In this document: one piece after another, positions 38,300 through 51,084 of the stretch
How the letters are laid out: each line of letters opens with the position of its first letter
Numbering within the stretch: the first letter of the stretch is position 1
Assembly: GCF_004010195.1 (NCBI RefSeq)
Contig: NC_057718.1
Span: forward strand, 41,499,803 to 41,563,802
Direction of reading: 5' to 3'
Origin: Chiloscyllium plagiosum
Lineage: Eukaryota
DNA length: 64,000 nt
Notes under the pieces: generated by a model
Told to the model about the DNA's origin: nothing
Databases searched by the model: none
What the model saw: the letters and a program-made list of their open reading frames with translations, nothing else
Program-made: the position numbers and the translations under genes

Positions 38300-38610
38300 C
38301 AAGCACACATCAGATAGCTCCTCTTCTATCTGATTTCATGGCCTCTCTGAATCTACTTCCTCCACTTCCTGCTCCCTTAATGCTATTCCCACTAAACTAC
38401 TGGCTACCCACGCTCCAAGCCTGCTCCCCCATCCCAGGTTAGCTAGCATTGTAAATGGCTCCTTCTCCTTTAAATCTGCTGCCATCCTCCCTATCCTCAA
38501 AAAAGAACCACTTGACCCCTCAGTCCTTACAATCTACCAAGCTCCTTGATCGTGTTGCTACCTCCCAAATTCATTCTCCCCTCTCTCAGAACTGGATGAC
38601 AGTATTAGAA
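38300..38610 (+). mobile_element. L2-type LINE RT fragment
   Basis: Remnant translation SCSLNAIPTKLL...FKSAAILPILKKEPLDPSVL...KLLDRVATSQI. Confidence 0.65.
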
Positions 38611-38909
38611 ATTCACGCTGCTAAGAGAGTGGGGCTTGAAGAGCTCCTAAGGCAGTGTTTACTTGTCACAACTGCCCGAATCTGGAGCTCAGGGAAAAAC
38701 ACAGGTGTATCTGGCTTGGCGGAACTGGCTGTTGGCAAAGAGCTGGAGTAGTGTTTGTGAGCAATGCTGGCATGTAAGTTGGTAATCAGAGGAATTATAG
38801 GCCCAGGAAAGGAGGGTGGTCACTGGAGGTAAAAGCATTCTCTGTGACAGTTTCAAGGCCAGATCAGCAAGGACAGCGGAGTTGTAAACCCTTGTGAGGT
38901 TTAGTGGGA

Positions 38910-39124
38910 GCTGGAAATGTGTTGCTGGAAAAGCGCAGCAGGTCAGGCAGCATCCAGGGAACAGGAGAATCGACGTTTCGGGCATAAGCCCTTCTTCAGG
39001 AAGAAGGGCTTATGCCCGAAACGTCGATTCTCCTGTTCCCTGGATGCTGCCTGACCTGCTGCGCTTTTCCAGCAACACATTTCCAGCTCTGATCTCCAGC
39101 ATCTGCAGACCTCACTTTCTCCTC
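38910..39124. mobile_element. Young fold-back hammerhead-type element (family A), perfect 90-bp inverted repeat, 15-bp TSD
   Basis: Arms 38908-38997 and 39000-39089 are exact reverse complements; TSD TGAGGTTTAGTGGGA at 38895-38909 and 39125-39139. Confidence 0.95.
38972..38999 (-). ncRNA. Minimal (Penelope-type) hammerhead ribozyme core
   Basis: CUGAAGA-A-GGGC-UUAU-GCCC-GAAA-CGUC: conserved core boxes, 4-bp helix II, ACGU palindrome in place of helix III, GUC triplet. Confidence 0.7.
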
Positions 39125-41179
39125 TGAGGTTTAGTGGGACCTGGTGACCCATTGTGGCATTATGTTTTGAGAGGAATTGCTGACAAATCTGCAGGACTGT
39201 CTTGGTCACATTTGATGTTTGGTGTGCACTGAGTGTGTTTGATCAGAGTGTGTTGCCCATGTTTGCCATATGTTGATTCTGGGTGTTAGGATTAGCACTT
39301 TTATTGGAATTTTTAAGACTGTTCTAACTCCTATAGTAACATATTGATGTTTTAACCGTGGAACCTTGTGGATTTATTCTCTGAACACATTCCTGGAATC
39401 TCAACTTTTGTCTACCTTAAAAAAAATAAAGTTTATTGGTCCCTGAATAGATTGCAACAACACATTTAGTGGCTGGTCAGAGATTGTAACTTAAATTTGA
39501 CAATCTCATCTGAGGTCACAGCAGATTTCATATAGGTGCTGACTGTGCATTAAAGTAAAATGTGTAAAATAGATGAAAGGAATTGTGACTGCTCTCATTA
39601 CATTGTGCTTGACACAGTAGTGTATTGTGAGGTACGAGTATTTGTTGTATTGTACTCTCTGTTGCCCTCCCTGCTGGAGAGGTACAAATAAAGTTAGCTC
39701 ATTTAAGCCTCCCTGCTGCTGAGCTTTTCTCTGTACAATACAACAGAAAGATGGTGATGGAACTGGGATGGAATTTGTTTCTGCACTTCATTTCAGAAAT
39801 TAAGTACTGAAGAACATTATGACAGTCTTTAAATTCCTACAGTTGCTTTTTAGAGAGCTTGGACAATTTGAAAGAGGTCTCTGTTGTTGCACATTGTCTT
39901 CAGATACGCAATGAGTCAACATTGTACATAATGGGCAAAATAGCTCTGAAGATGTATTTCAGACAATGGGGGAATTCAATCACTACAAAGAGAAATGGTA
40001 CAATTATGAACAAATGTTTTACATTTGGCAGCAAGTGGATAAATTAGGAGATGAGAATAAAGTAAATGTTTCCCTAACTGTGATGCTTTTGAGACAGATT
40101 TTAATTCCTGTTGTTGGATAGACCCCAGTTCAGTGGAATATGCTGAAATTAATTAAATTCTGAACTCACAAGAGACCATGACTGAAAATGACATTAAACT
40201 GAGAATGATGTTCTATCAAAGGAAAGACTTGTCAAATGAAAGTATTGCAGATTACATTCTTATGTTTTAAAAACATAAATCAACCTTAGGAAGCCAAAAA
40301 AACAATAAAAGCCAGGCCATACTTTTAAGCAAAACCAATAAGCACACGAGGAAGGTGACCTGTGATAAAGGCATAGCCATGAGATAGCTGCAAATTGCAC
40401 TGAGTTCATTTCCAGAGCTGGTAGAGAAGATCTTAGGATTTCAGCAAGATCCAGGTGTCACCATTCAAGTTCATAGTAAGAAATTTAGACGCTACTGTTG
40501 CTGTGACAACAACCAACAATTTAAATGCCCCCTTTTTACTCACTGTGGAAAGTCAATCATATCCAGACAGGAAGAGAGGAAACAGTAATGCTCCAAATCA
40601 AGTTCCAGGTCGCACCAGATTAAAGTCTTGGTTAGATCTAAAGCTAATTCAGGAGACTGTAAAAGTTTGAAAATACATATGATAGACAAGGAAACAGAAG
40701 TTGACATTATCAAGCAGAAAGATCAAGACTTGTATTCAGTCAAAGAGCAAGAAAAACAGCACATGGAAGATGAGAGTAAAAGGGCTGAAGATATAAATCA
40801 TTGGCCGAGGGAAAAATGGAAGTCTAAATTCGCAACTAATGTTCATTGTTGATACAGCTGCAGCAATATCTTTTACTTTAGAAGGAGAGTACAAAATGTC
40901 CCGGAATCACATTCACTTATGCAAATTTGCTGTGGAGCATATTGTTATTTCAATGAGAGCATTCCAATATTTAAGGAAGTTAGTGTTGGGGTAGAATATA
41001 GTGATGCATCACTTTACTTGACATTGGTGGTAGTAAGGGGCAAGGAAATGGCTTAAGAAAGTAGGATAGAATCTCAGAGATCTGAGCAACATTTGATATT
41101 TGTGACAGAATCAGATGAGAAAGTCTAGTGAAGCCCACCTTAAAAATGATCTTACTCCATCTTTTATGCTTTTCACAAT

Positions 41180-42907
41180 GGTGGATTTTTCACCAGGCAA
41201 TAGCAAGTTACCAAGAAATCAGGATTATTGCTTGTTAAACACTTAGTTGAAGGCCCCACTCACATCATTCATATTTAATATTCTATTTCACCAAACTAGA
41301 GAAACAAACTAGACTTTGAGAAAATCTGACATGAAATTGCTTGCTCCAAAGAACCTCCATGTTGCATGCAATCAAAATGCTTCTCCGTACATTATTCACA
41401 GGCCCCAGCCACATGTATCCCCTTGTCTATGGACACTGACATCAGAATGTACCAACCCCGCATGACCGTCATGACACTTCTCCGATACCCTGGCAAGCCA
41501 TAGGAAGTGCAGACTTGCAATGCAGGATGCACCTCTGAGTCACATTGAAAGGCTGCAGCAGGGACTTGTTGCACTCATGAATAGACACCAGCTCATTGGT
41601 TGGACCAGGCTGCATCACAAGCTGTTCCTATGCTTTCTTAGCACCCGTTCACTTAGCATCCATTTTTTGCCTTGCCATGCCATGCCTGTTAGCATGTTGG
41701 TACTTCAGTCATAGCCAATGGTCTTTCAAGAATATTCAGACAGGCTGCTTGTTATGCTTATCAGTGGGGATTTGTCTGGTAATATCTTGATGAATAGTAC
41801 AGCAAGACATCAATGTCACACCTCCAGCATGTGCGTGACAAACATACTGCACATTCATTCAACCAAACAGTCATTTTGGAAACAGGAGGGTGTTAGTCGG
41901 GGTTAGTCTTCAGTCCAGTCAAGCGAGTCCGCTGTCAGTTAGAGGGTCTCAGAACCATCATGTATGGGGACAGTCCACACACAGTCCAGGGCTTGACCAT
42001 GATCAGTCATGTGCTTAGGATTCTCATGTTTTGGGGAACTTATCCTAATGGAGTCCAGGAAATAGGCAGCAGTGAGTCCTGTAGGCCAATACTGTCAGAG
42101 GAATCATGTATTGTCAGTCAGGGAGCTCCAAACATAGCAAGTAGACAGGAGTCTGATTGGTCACGTGCTTATTAAAGTCAGTCAGAAGTCTAGGGCATCT
42201 ACAGTCTACAGTCCTGGATATCGGGTTTTACAGGATGCTCATCTACCAATCATTCAGGAAGGCTCAGGAGGGTGGTCAGGCTCTGTAGGGTCAGCAGAGA
42301 GGATCACTACCCAAAATGTTGGGGGAGTCAACTTAATGGGGGAGTGGAAGCAGTGACATTTGCATAGGTGGGGACAATGACAGTCACAGGGGAATCTCAA
42401 AGTGAATGGGAGAATTGTGGAATAGTGTCAGATGGTCATGGTAGACTCCAGAAAGGGAGATGATGGCAGTGACTATCACCGTGGCCTCCTTAGGAAGAGC
42501 ACAGAGGAACGTAGTGGCATCATTAAAGCATGATGCCGAGGTTCAGGGGACAGGGGAGATCGCAATGGAAGGGATTCAGTGTGCTGGGCTTTTGCATGGG
42601 GGCATGGGTAGTGCATAGTGGAAGAAAATATGGAGCCTTATGGTGGGCACCTGGTGACCAGGCAGATGGTATCCACCATGACCTGTGTTCCCCACCATCA
42701 CTTGTCATTGTCTCAATGTGAAGAGCTACTGGAAAATGGCTGGGACAACACCCAGCGTGGGCAAAGTGTCACTGTGACTGCAAAGCACCGGATCCACAAG
42801 TGATGGATGCAAAAACATTAAAGGAGCAAATACATAGAGCAGCCATTTGTAAACCTCAGCTGTATTTAATTTGCCCATTTTCAATGCATTCAGGGTGAGA
42901 ATTCCAC
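41180..42907. mobile_element. Decayed DNA-transposon-like insertion, possibly PIF/Harbinger-derived
   Basis: Interrupts the Gypsy between protease and RT; imperfect terminal inverted repeat gtggatttttcacc / ggtgagaattccac (12 of 14). Confidence 0.35.
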
Positions 42908-43804
42908 TGTCAGATGCTGTTCAAAGGTGAGCTGCAACATGCCATTGGTGCTTACAAAGTGTACCTGGGCGTCTCAATAATATTTAAGTTAGCAGCAGTA
43001 TTGTTCCAAAAGGCCATTTCTGCTTGACGGGGAATGATGATGTATACAGCTTCCCATGGTCCTCTGTCAGCCACCCAACATCGGTGCTTTTCTGCCATGA
43101 AAGTGTTGAAAAGGTCTCTACTGAATACAGTGTGAAACTCGTGCTTGATTTGTGTCTGGGATTGAAGGGGTATCAGAATGCTCAGACACTCCTTTACAAT
43201 GATACATGGTGGACATTCAACCAGAATAACACCTTCAACAAGTTGCTGAGAAGGCTGAAGCTGAATGTGGGTGGTGCAGGATGGAGTCATGTCCCTTGTT
43301 ATTGGGATGCAGCATGTCACACTGTGAGGACAAGTCTGCAGCCCTCATCTGTAGAGTCTGCCACTGATAATTGTTCTAGGATCTAGTATCCTCTTTCATT
43401 TCTTTTGTTTCGGTATTAGGTCAGTTCCACTGACCCAGCCACCAGTGGGTCTCTGTGGCTGCCTTCCTCAAAAGGCAAAGTCAGATGCAGAAGGACCAGG
43501 ATAAATATTAAGCCTAGGGACAGCAGCAGGTCCCCGTGGAGGACAAAGAGCAGCCAGATCAGGGAGAGTCACTGTCTTGTAGCCCTTCAGGATGCATGGA
43601 AGGTTCAGGAGGCCCAGAGCTTATTGAGCCTGACTCTACTTGTTAAGGCTGAGTGACACACAGTGAAGGTACAGGCTCCCCACATTCCAGGACACAGTGA
43701 CTGACTTTGCCAGATGCTACAGCGGGATCTGAGGGCAGCAGGAGTGGGAGGCCATCCTCTGAATGAGTATACGACTGGCCCCTTCCCGGGTGGGTTCTCT
43801 AGGT

Positions 43805-44628
43805 CATAATAAGAACATAAGAACATAACAACTAGAAGCAGGAGTAGGCTATCTGGCCCTTTGACCCTGCTCTGCCATTCAATAACTTTATGGTTGATCT
43901 TTTCGTGGTCTTAGCTCCACTTATCTGCTCTCTCACTTTCACCCTTAATTCCTGTACTGTTCAAAAATTTATCTATCTTAGCTTTAAAAGCATTTACTGA
44001 GGAAGCCTCAACTAATTGAACCTGGGTTCGATTCCAGCCTTGGGCGACTGTGTGGAGTTTGTACATTCTCCCCATGTCTGCATAGGTTTCCTCCAACAAT
44101 CCAAAGATGTGCAGGCCAAGTGAATTGGTCATACTAAATTGTCCATAGTGTTTAGGGATGTGTCGGTTAGGTGCATTAGTTGGGGTAAATGTAGAGTAAT
44201 AGTGTAGGGGAATGGGTCTGGGTAGGTTACTCTTTGGACGGTCAGTGTAGACTTGTTGGGCCGAAGGGCCTGTTTTGACAGTGTAGGGATTTTATGATCC
44301 TACTTCACTGGTCAGGGAAGTCCATTGATTCACAATCCTCTGGGTGAAAAGGTTCCTTCTCAATTCAGTCCTAAAATCTGCTCCCCCTAATTTTGAGGCT
44401 ATGCCCTCTTCTCCTAGTTGCACTCACCTTTGGAAAGATCCTCTCTACTTCTATCATATCTATTCCCTTCATAATTTTATATGTTTCCATAAAATGCCCC
44501 CTCATTCGAATGAATATAATCCCAGTCTACTCAGTCTCTCCTCATAAGCCAACCCCCCTCACCTCCGGAATCAATCTCGTCAACCTCCTCTGAACCCCTT
44601 CCCTCGCCAGGGCATCCTTTCTCAAGTT
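43805..44628 (-). mobile_element. CR1 LINE 3' end with a nested SINE
   Basis: Tail (aagaacat)n agaagcaggagtaggc; ORF 43911..44132 ends VEASSVNAFKAKIDKFL; sequence resumes after 44299. Confidence 0.85.
44018..44299 (+). mobile_element. 5'-truncated HE1-type V-SINE
   Basis: B box ggttcgattcc, V-domain, tail gggccgaagggcctg...gtagggattttatgat. Confidence 0.9.
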
Positions 44629-44749
44629 ACTGAGATACAGGCTACTAGAAACAGGTGGATGAGGGTAAAGTGGTTGATGTGGTACATAGGCTATTGCACA
44701 CAATATGGAGGCATAGGATTGAGGGTGATTTAGCGGTTTGGATCAGATC

Positions 44750-45260
44750 TATCTGTTTTTATATTCAGGGTTCATTTTTTCTCATAATCTATCTTACTTT
44801 TCTTTATAGTTTTTTTGAGGCTTTCCATTGACCTTAAAAACTTTCCCAATCTCCCACTGACCTTGGCCACTTTTCATGCCTTCTCTTTCAATTTGGTAGC
44901 CTCACTTATTTCCTTAGACATCCGACAGTCCTTCCTTTTCACTGGCATATACTTTTGCTGAGCTCTGCGAAAAATTGCTTTGAATGTCCTCCACTGTTCA
45001 TCAACTGTCCCACCATAAAGTCTTTGCTTCCAGTTTACCTTCACTAACTCCTCCCTCATCTTATTGTAGTCTTCCTCGTTTAAGCACAGGACCTCAGTAT
45101 TGAATTTTATCTTTGCACTGTCCATCTGTATTCTAAATTCAACCATCTTGTAATCGCTCCTTCCAAGAAGATTCCTAACTATGACATCATTAATTATTCC
45201 TGTCTCATTACACCGGACCAGATCTAGGATAGCTTGTTCCCTTGTTGATTCCATTACAAG
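44750..45260 (-). mobile_element. CR1 ORF2 fragment (endonuclease C-terminus and linker)
   Basis: ORF 44874..45254 TREQAILDLVRCNETG...LGRSDYKMVEF...W. Confidence 0.9.
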
Positions 45261-46890
45261 AAAACTATCAAGAAAACTAGCGCAGGATCATGCACCCACA
45301 AAAGTATCATGACAGTGACCAATTCTATCTGTGTGAGGTCACACCAATTCACTTCATTCCCCCAATGATAGGGTCAGTGCTGCAGCCTTGGCAGTGAGCT
45401 TTGGGAACACAACTGGTTTTCCCTGGGTACAGTGTATTCCTTGTGGCACACTTTGGGCCATATCACAACACTTGTGGAATTCACCAACCAAAGGGGTCCC
45501 ATTCATATATGTGATCTGTGAGCACCATTAGCACTTCCTGGAGGTGTATGGCCACTAACCTGGCACCTATCATGTAGCTTATACCTGCAGCTCTCTCACA
45601 TACATTTGATGGTCGAGGGGCCTTACAAAGCTGGTGACTGAGTGACAAGGTCTACCCACTGTGACCACGGCTCAAAGCCCTGACTGATGTGGGGCACAGA
45701 TACAATACCTCCCTTCCTTCAACAGGGTCGCGACGGAGTACACAGTAGGGCTGCTGAAGACGTGGTTCTGCTACATGGATTGATCTGAGGGGCCCCTCCA
45801 GTATAGACTGGACAGAGTTCACCACATCTTCCTGCAGTAAGTCTCCTGAGGAGAACAACAAGGACTCTGGAATGAGGAAGCTGTCATGGTCCACCACAGA
45901 GCTCAGCTGCATCTGGCACTATAAGCCAGATAGAACCTGATGATTTCCGGTTTCAGTAGATGTGAGCTGGGTACAGCAGACCAATGTGGACTGTAAAATA
46001 GTCATTGATAATGATCCTGAAATTTGGTTTGTGTTGTCAGCAAACTTTAGCCTCTATTGGTTTTGTTTGTTTTCACTTTTGCATTTGTATGATTGTTTGC
46101 CTGTATGTGATGTTCCTCTACTGGACAATGACAAGCTGTGATCTATGAAGGACTGGCTGTCTTAGAGAATATTCAGATGGGATATAGACACAGACAGGTA
46201 GAGTGTGTGTGTGTGGCCCTGGTATACAACAAAGAGGGTGAAAGAACAGGACTGTATATGAGAGGGGTGTCAGCCATGCCAGCTTTGTGTAATGGACAGC
46301 GTAGCTTTGTGGCTACTGTGCCGTTACTCTGCTGATGAGGGACAATGTCGGATTGCCAACACTTATGCTGGTACACAATGTTCTGAACAGCACATGGCAG
46401 GTAGGGCAGGAACCAGACGTGAGGAACGCCATAGCAAAGGCCTAGTTTGTGAATGCAGCAATTTTGTTATGTAGAGGTGACAAAACTCGCTAGGCCTTGT
46501 AGCCAAAATCCCTGCAAAAAAAATGCAAGATTCAGCCCATAGTGTTCAGGTGCGCTGATGTATTTATAGTAGGAATCAGTAAGAATACATGTGTCATTGA
46601 GGAAGAGGTAAAAGAAGACAAAGTGGTGTTTGAACAAAATGGACCAAAAGATAAAATTAATCATTGGTTTAAAATCCTAAGTCAAGCAGATCTTGTAAAT
46701 GTAGATGTTCTTTCAGGATTTCCTGTAAAGACTGATTCACTTTTCATGACGGAGTTAGCTGCTAATTACTTTATAAACTTAAATGACATGCCAGTGGAGA
46801 AGTCAGTGAAGAAATTCGCAAGGGTGTGCTGCTTAGTGAAGTGCTCAATTATTTCATGAATGGCTGGCTTAGAGTGTGAAGATAAAGATG

Positions 46891-47315
46891 TACAGGACTG
46901 AATAGGCTGGGGCGTCGAAGGCTGAGGGGTGACCTCACAGACATTTATAAAATCATGAGGGGCATGGATAGGATAAATAGACAAAGTCTTTTCCCTGGGG
47001 TGGGGGGAGTCCAGAACTAGAGGGCATAGGTTTAGGGTGAGAGGGGAACGATATAAAAGGGACCTAAGGGTCGACTTTTTCACACAGAGGGTGGTGTGTA
47101 TATGGAATGAGCTGCCAGAGGAAGTAGTGGAGGCTAGTACAATTGCAGCATTTGAATGGCATCTGGATGGGAATATGAATCGGAAGGGTTAAGAGGGAGA
47201 TGGGACAAGTGCTGGCAAATGGGACGAGATTAGGTTGGGGTATCTGGTTGGCATGGGGCAAGTTGGACCGAAGGGTCTGTTTCTGTGCTGTACATCTCTA
47301 TGAGTCTATGACTAT
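46891..47315 (+). mobile_element. CR1 (HER1-like) LINE 3' end
   Basis: Closely similar to 27480-27912; tail ctatgagtctatga. Confidence 0.95.
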
Positions 47316-48092
47316 TTTATACATGGAAATGAATGAGTAACCAAATATAACGCCTTCCCCTCCCTCGACTGCCTTTCCCTCCGGGACACCCTGATCCACT
47401 CTTCCTTCACTCCCAAGAATGCCCCACAGCCCCACAGTAAGACTGTCTACTATTGTGTTTAAGAGTTATCCAACTGCCAATGTTTAGATAGATTATTAAA
47501 ATCCATTAATCAAACGCACACAGGTATAATCTGTATGAAAAATGTAACAGAGGTTATCCAAACGAAGACAGTGAAATTGAAGCAAAAACAGAAATTGCTG
47601 GAAAAGCTCATCAGGTCTTGCAGCATCTGTGAAGGGAAATCAGAGTTAACATTTCAGGTCCAGTGATCATTCCTCAGAACTGATGGTAGCTAGGAAAATG
47701 TTGGTTTATATGTAGGAGGTAAAGTAAGAAGAGGGGGTAAGGAATAAATGATTGGTGTGAATAGAGCCCAAAGAGAGAGAAGAACAGTTGGACAGACAAA
47801 GGATTTGGTAACGGTCTGACTGGGATGGTCAATAGCTATTAATGGAGACCATTAGTGGCTAACAATGGATAGTGTGTAATGGCAGAATATGTGATAACAA
47901 GGCCAATGTGTGGGATTGGGGTCTAGGACATGTGGGAGTTCAGGTCCTAACGTTATTGAACTCAGTATTGAGTTCTGCAGGTTGCAGGATCCCCAAAGTG
48001 GAAAATGAGGTGCTGTTCTTTCAGCTTGCACTGAGCTTCACTGGAGCACTGCAGCAAGCCTGAGACAGAGATGTTGACCAGGGAACAGGGTG

Positions 48093-48188
48093 AAGCTGAA
48101 AATGTGTTGCTGGAAAAGTGCAGCAGGTCAGGCAGCATCCAAGGAACAGGAGAATCAACGTTTCGGGCATAAGCCCTTCTTCAGGAAT
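48093..48188. mobile_element. Family A short element nested in the Penelope element
   Basis: TSD gaac(a/t)gggtg at 48083-48092 and 48189-48198; hammerhead core on the minus strand at 48157-48184. Confidence 0.85.
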
Positions 48189-48569
48189 GAACTGGGTGGT
48201 TTGTTAAAGCGGCAGGCAACTTTTTTCTGGGCAGAATGTAGATGTTCTGCAAAGCGGTCACCCAGTCAATGCTTTGTTTCTCCAATGTAGTGGACACCAC
48301 ATTGCAAGCAGCGAATGCAGTAAGCTACATTGTGAGAAGTGCAGGTAAAGTGCTGTTTCATCTGGAAGGTGTGTTTGGGCCCTTGAATACTGAGAAGGGA
48401 AGAGATAAATAGGCAGGTGCAACACCTTTGATGGTTGCAGGGGAAGATGCCATGGGGCTGTGGGGGCATAGTTGGGAGTGAAGGAAGAGTGGACCAGGGT
48501 GTCTCAAAAGGAAAGGTCGCTGCGGAAGACAGACAAGGGAGGGGAAGGAATTATGTCTGGTGGTGGCAT

Positions 48570-48890
48570 GGGGCAGCATGGTGGTTCAGTGGTTAGCACT
48601 GCTGCCTCACAGCACCAGGGTCCCAGGTTCGATTCCAGCCTTGGGTGACTGTGTGGAGTTTGCACATTCTCCCCGTGTCTGCGTGGGTTTCCTCCGGGTG
48701 CTCCGGTTTCCTCCCACAGTCCAAAGATATGCAGATCAGGTGAATTGGTCATGCTAAATTGCTCATAGTGCCAGGTGCATTAGTCAGAGGGAAATGGGTC
48801 TGGGTGGGTTACTCTTCAGAGGGTTGGTTGGACTGGTAGGGCCGAAGGGCCTGTTTCCACACTGTAGGGAATCTAATCTAATTTAATCTA
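48570..48890 (+). mobile_element. Full-length HE1-type V-SINE nested in the Penelope element
   Basis: A box TGGTTCAGTGG at 48582-48592, B box GGTTCGATTCC at 48626-48636, V-domain, CR1-like tail, (aatct)n end. Confidence 0.95.
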
Positions 48891-50354
48891 TCTCACAGGA
48901 GGGGTCATCTTCTGGATGTAGATGCCGGTAGGATGGTAGGTAAGGACAAGGGGAGCCCTATTGCTATTGCAGGAAGGAAGAGATATGGTGAGGGCGGATG
49001 TGCGGGATATAGGCTGGACCTGGTAGAGGGCCTTATCGACAACAGTGCTGGGAAATCCTCAGTTGAGGAAGAAGGTGGACATTTTGGAGTTTCCCTTGTC
49101 GAAGTTGGCCTCTTTAGAACATAAGCGACGGAGGTGGAGGAACTGGGAGAATGAAATGGAAACAGGGTGCGAAAATGTATAGCCTAGCTAGCTGTGAGAA
49201 TCCATGGGTGGGGACCACAATAAGACTGGAAGAAGGAATGTTCCACATATCTCATGAAGAGACAGGCATAATTAGGGCACACGCACGTACCCATAGCCAC
49301 CCCTCTGACCTGAAGAAAATAAGACAAGTTAAAAGAGAAGTTGTCAAAAGTGAGGACAAGTGGAGGAGGGTGGAGGTGGGTGGAGACAGTTCAGGCCTTA
49401 GCTCCAGGATGATGTCCTGAGACCATCTTGATGGGGGATGCACATTTAAAGGGACTGCCTGTCCACGGTGAAGGGGAGGTGGCTGGATCCTGCAAACTAG
49501 AAAATCTGAAACTCGCGTAAAGCACCAGAGGAATCGTGGATGTATGTAAGCAGGACTGGACCAGCAGAGAAATACTGAGTCAAGGTAGGAAGAGATGAGT
49601 TCTGTAGGGCAGGAGCAGGCAGAAACAATGGGTCTGCCCGGGCAGTCCTGTTTGTGGATTTTCAGAAGGACGTAGAAGTGAGCTGTGTGGGGCTGGAGAG
49701 CTATCAGCTTGAAGGTACTTGGGGGGGCTGTGGAGAGATCACCAGATGAAATGAGGTCAGTGATTGTGGTTGATACAATGGTCTGATGTTCCATGGTGGG
49801 ATCATGGTCCAGAGGAAGATAGGAGGAGGTATCTGAGAGCAACAGTCACGTTAGATCAAAGTACATGGAATGCACTTGGAGGGAGACTTGGTTAGATTGG
49901 GTGACGGGGACAGAGAAATTAAGGTGACCAATGTCACGTCTTTAGTTGTCAATGAATAGATTTAACACCCCACCCTGTTTCCTGGCCAACATCTCTTTCT
50001 CAGGCTTGCTGCAGTGCTCCAGCGAAGCTCAGTGTAAGCTGAAAGAACAGCACCTCATTTATGACTTAGGGACCCCACAGCCTTCCGGATTCAATACTGA
50101 GTTCAATAATTTTAGGACCTGAACTCCCACATGTCCTAGCCCCTTACCCCACACATCAGGCCTTGTTGTCACAGTCTGCCATTGCAAATTCCCTATTGTT
50201 AGACACTAACAGTTTCCATTAACAGCTATTCACTCTCCCAGCCAGATCATTATCCATTCCTTTGTCTGTTCAACTGGTCTTCTCTTTAGGCTCTATCCCT
50301 ATCTATCATTTACTCCTTAACACCCTCCTCCACCCTATCTTCTGCATATAAACC

Positions 50355-50400
50355 ATCAGTTCTGAGGAAGGGTCACCCGACCCGAAACATTAATTCTGAT
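50355..50400 (+). ncRNA. Hammerhead ribozyme motif in the Penelope terminal repeat (helix III palindrome mutated)
   Basis: aucaguu-CUGAGGA-A-GGGUC-accc-GACCC-GAAA-cauu-aauucugau; the flanks can pair as helix I. Confidence 0.6.
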
Positions 50401-51084
50401 TTCTCTTCACAGATGCTGCCAGGCCTGCTGAGCTTTTCCAGCAACTTCTGTTTTTGTTTCTGATTTACAGCATCTGCAGTTCTTCAGGTTTTATTTGAGA
50501 AATTGAAGATTTGGCAAAACATTGTGAAGTGTATCTCAGAATTAGATACGATTCAATCAATCGTCCTTTCATTCAACAGTCAAAGACAAGTAAACATTGG
50601 GAATGAGGACACATTAATTTCTTTGAAATGAAAGAGAAAGAGTTCTTGTTTTCATCGATATGTATAATTATCGGATAAATGTTGTGTCTTTATCTAATAC
50701 CAAAACAACCAAAACGGTTGTGGTTTTAAAAAGTTTGTTTGCAATTAGTGTGTTGTCAAACAAATAATGGTCTACAGTTCACATCAGAAGAGTCCGAAAT
50801 ATTTCCGAGTACCATCAGAGTTAAATGTAATGTACCAGCATATCACCCACCAATTAATGATGCTCCAAGAGGAACCATACAGATTGTGAAATGGTCTTTA
50901 CAGAAATATTCATTAGTGACACATTGGCCAGTAATTTCATGTTTCTCTTTGACACAGGCAAACCTACTTTCTGTTCGCTTACAGAATGACTCTACAGTCT
51001 AAAACAGGTTCCTCACCTAACACACTCCCAGGGCAAAGTTTAGAATGCTCAACATCAATAGCAACATAAGAAAAAAGTAACAAT

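Larger units (their letters stand above)
43400..46030 (+). mobile_element. PIF/Harbinger transposase remnant (HARBI1-like DDE), interrupted by CR1 pieces
   Basis: 45480-45840 translates, with stops, to NQRG..ICEH..FLEVYGH*PGTYH, W*LSDKVYPL and TEYTVGLLKTWFCYMD*SEGALQY; outer limits approximate. Confidence 0.65.
47583..50498 (-). mobile_element. Penelope-like retroelement (RT plus GIY-YIG), 5' truncated, ~510-bp inverted terminal repeats, 10-bp TSD
   Basis: ORF 49252..49842 (LSDTSSY..DPT..FYVLLKIHKQDCPGRPIVSACSCPTELISSYLD); ORF 48266..48469 (FTCTSHNVAYCIRCLQCGVHYIGET); 47583-48092 is inverted at ~49970-50456; TSD GAAATTGAAG at 47573-47582 and 50499-50508. Confidence 0.9.

Noticed and set aside
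38908..39089. Pre-miRNA or classical MITE
   Set aside because: A perfect 90-bp stem with a 2-nt spacer, an asymmetric 35-nt tail and long variable TSDs fit a Penelope-type retro-insertion better. Small-RNA production is untested.
42952..43320. 122-aa minus-strand ORF as a transposase N-terminus
   Set aside because: The opposite strand reads better as decayed Gypsy RT, in the expected position between protease and integrase.
45290..45850. Functional HARBI1 host gene
   Set aside because: Multiple stops and frameshifts, and it is embedded in nested TE debris.
48570..48645. tRNA gene
   Set aside because: The A/B boxes run into a V-domain and LINE-like tail, so this is a SINE head.
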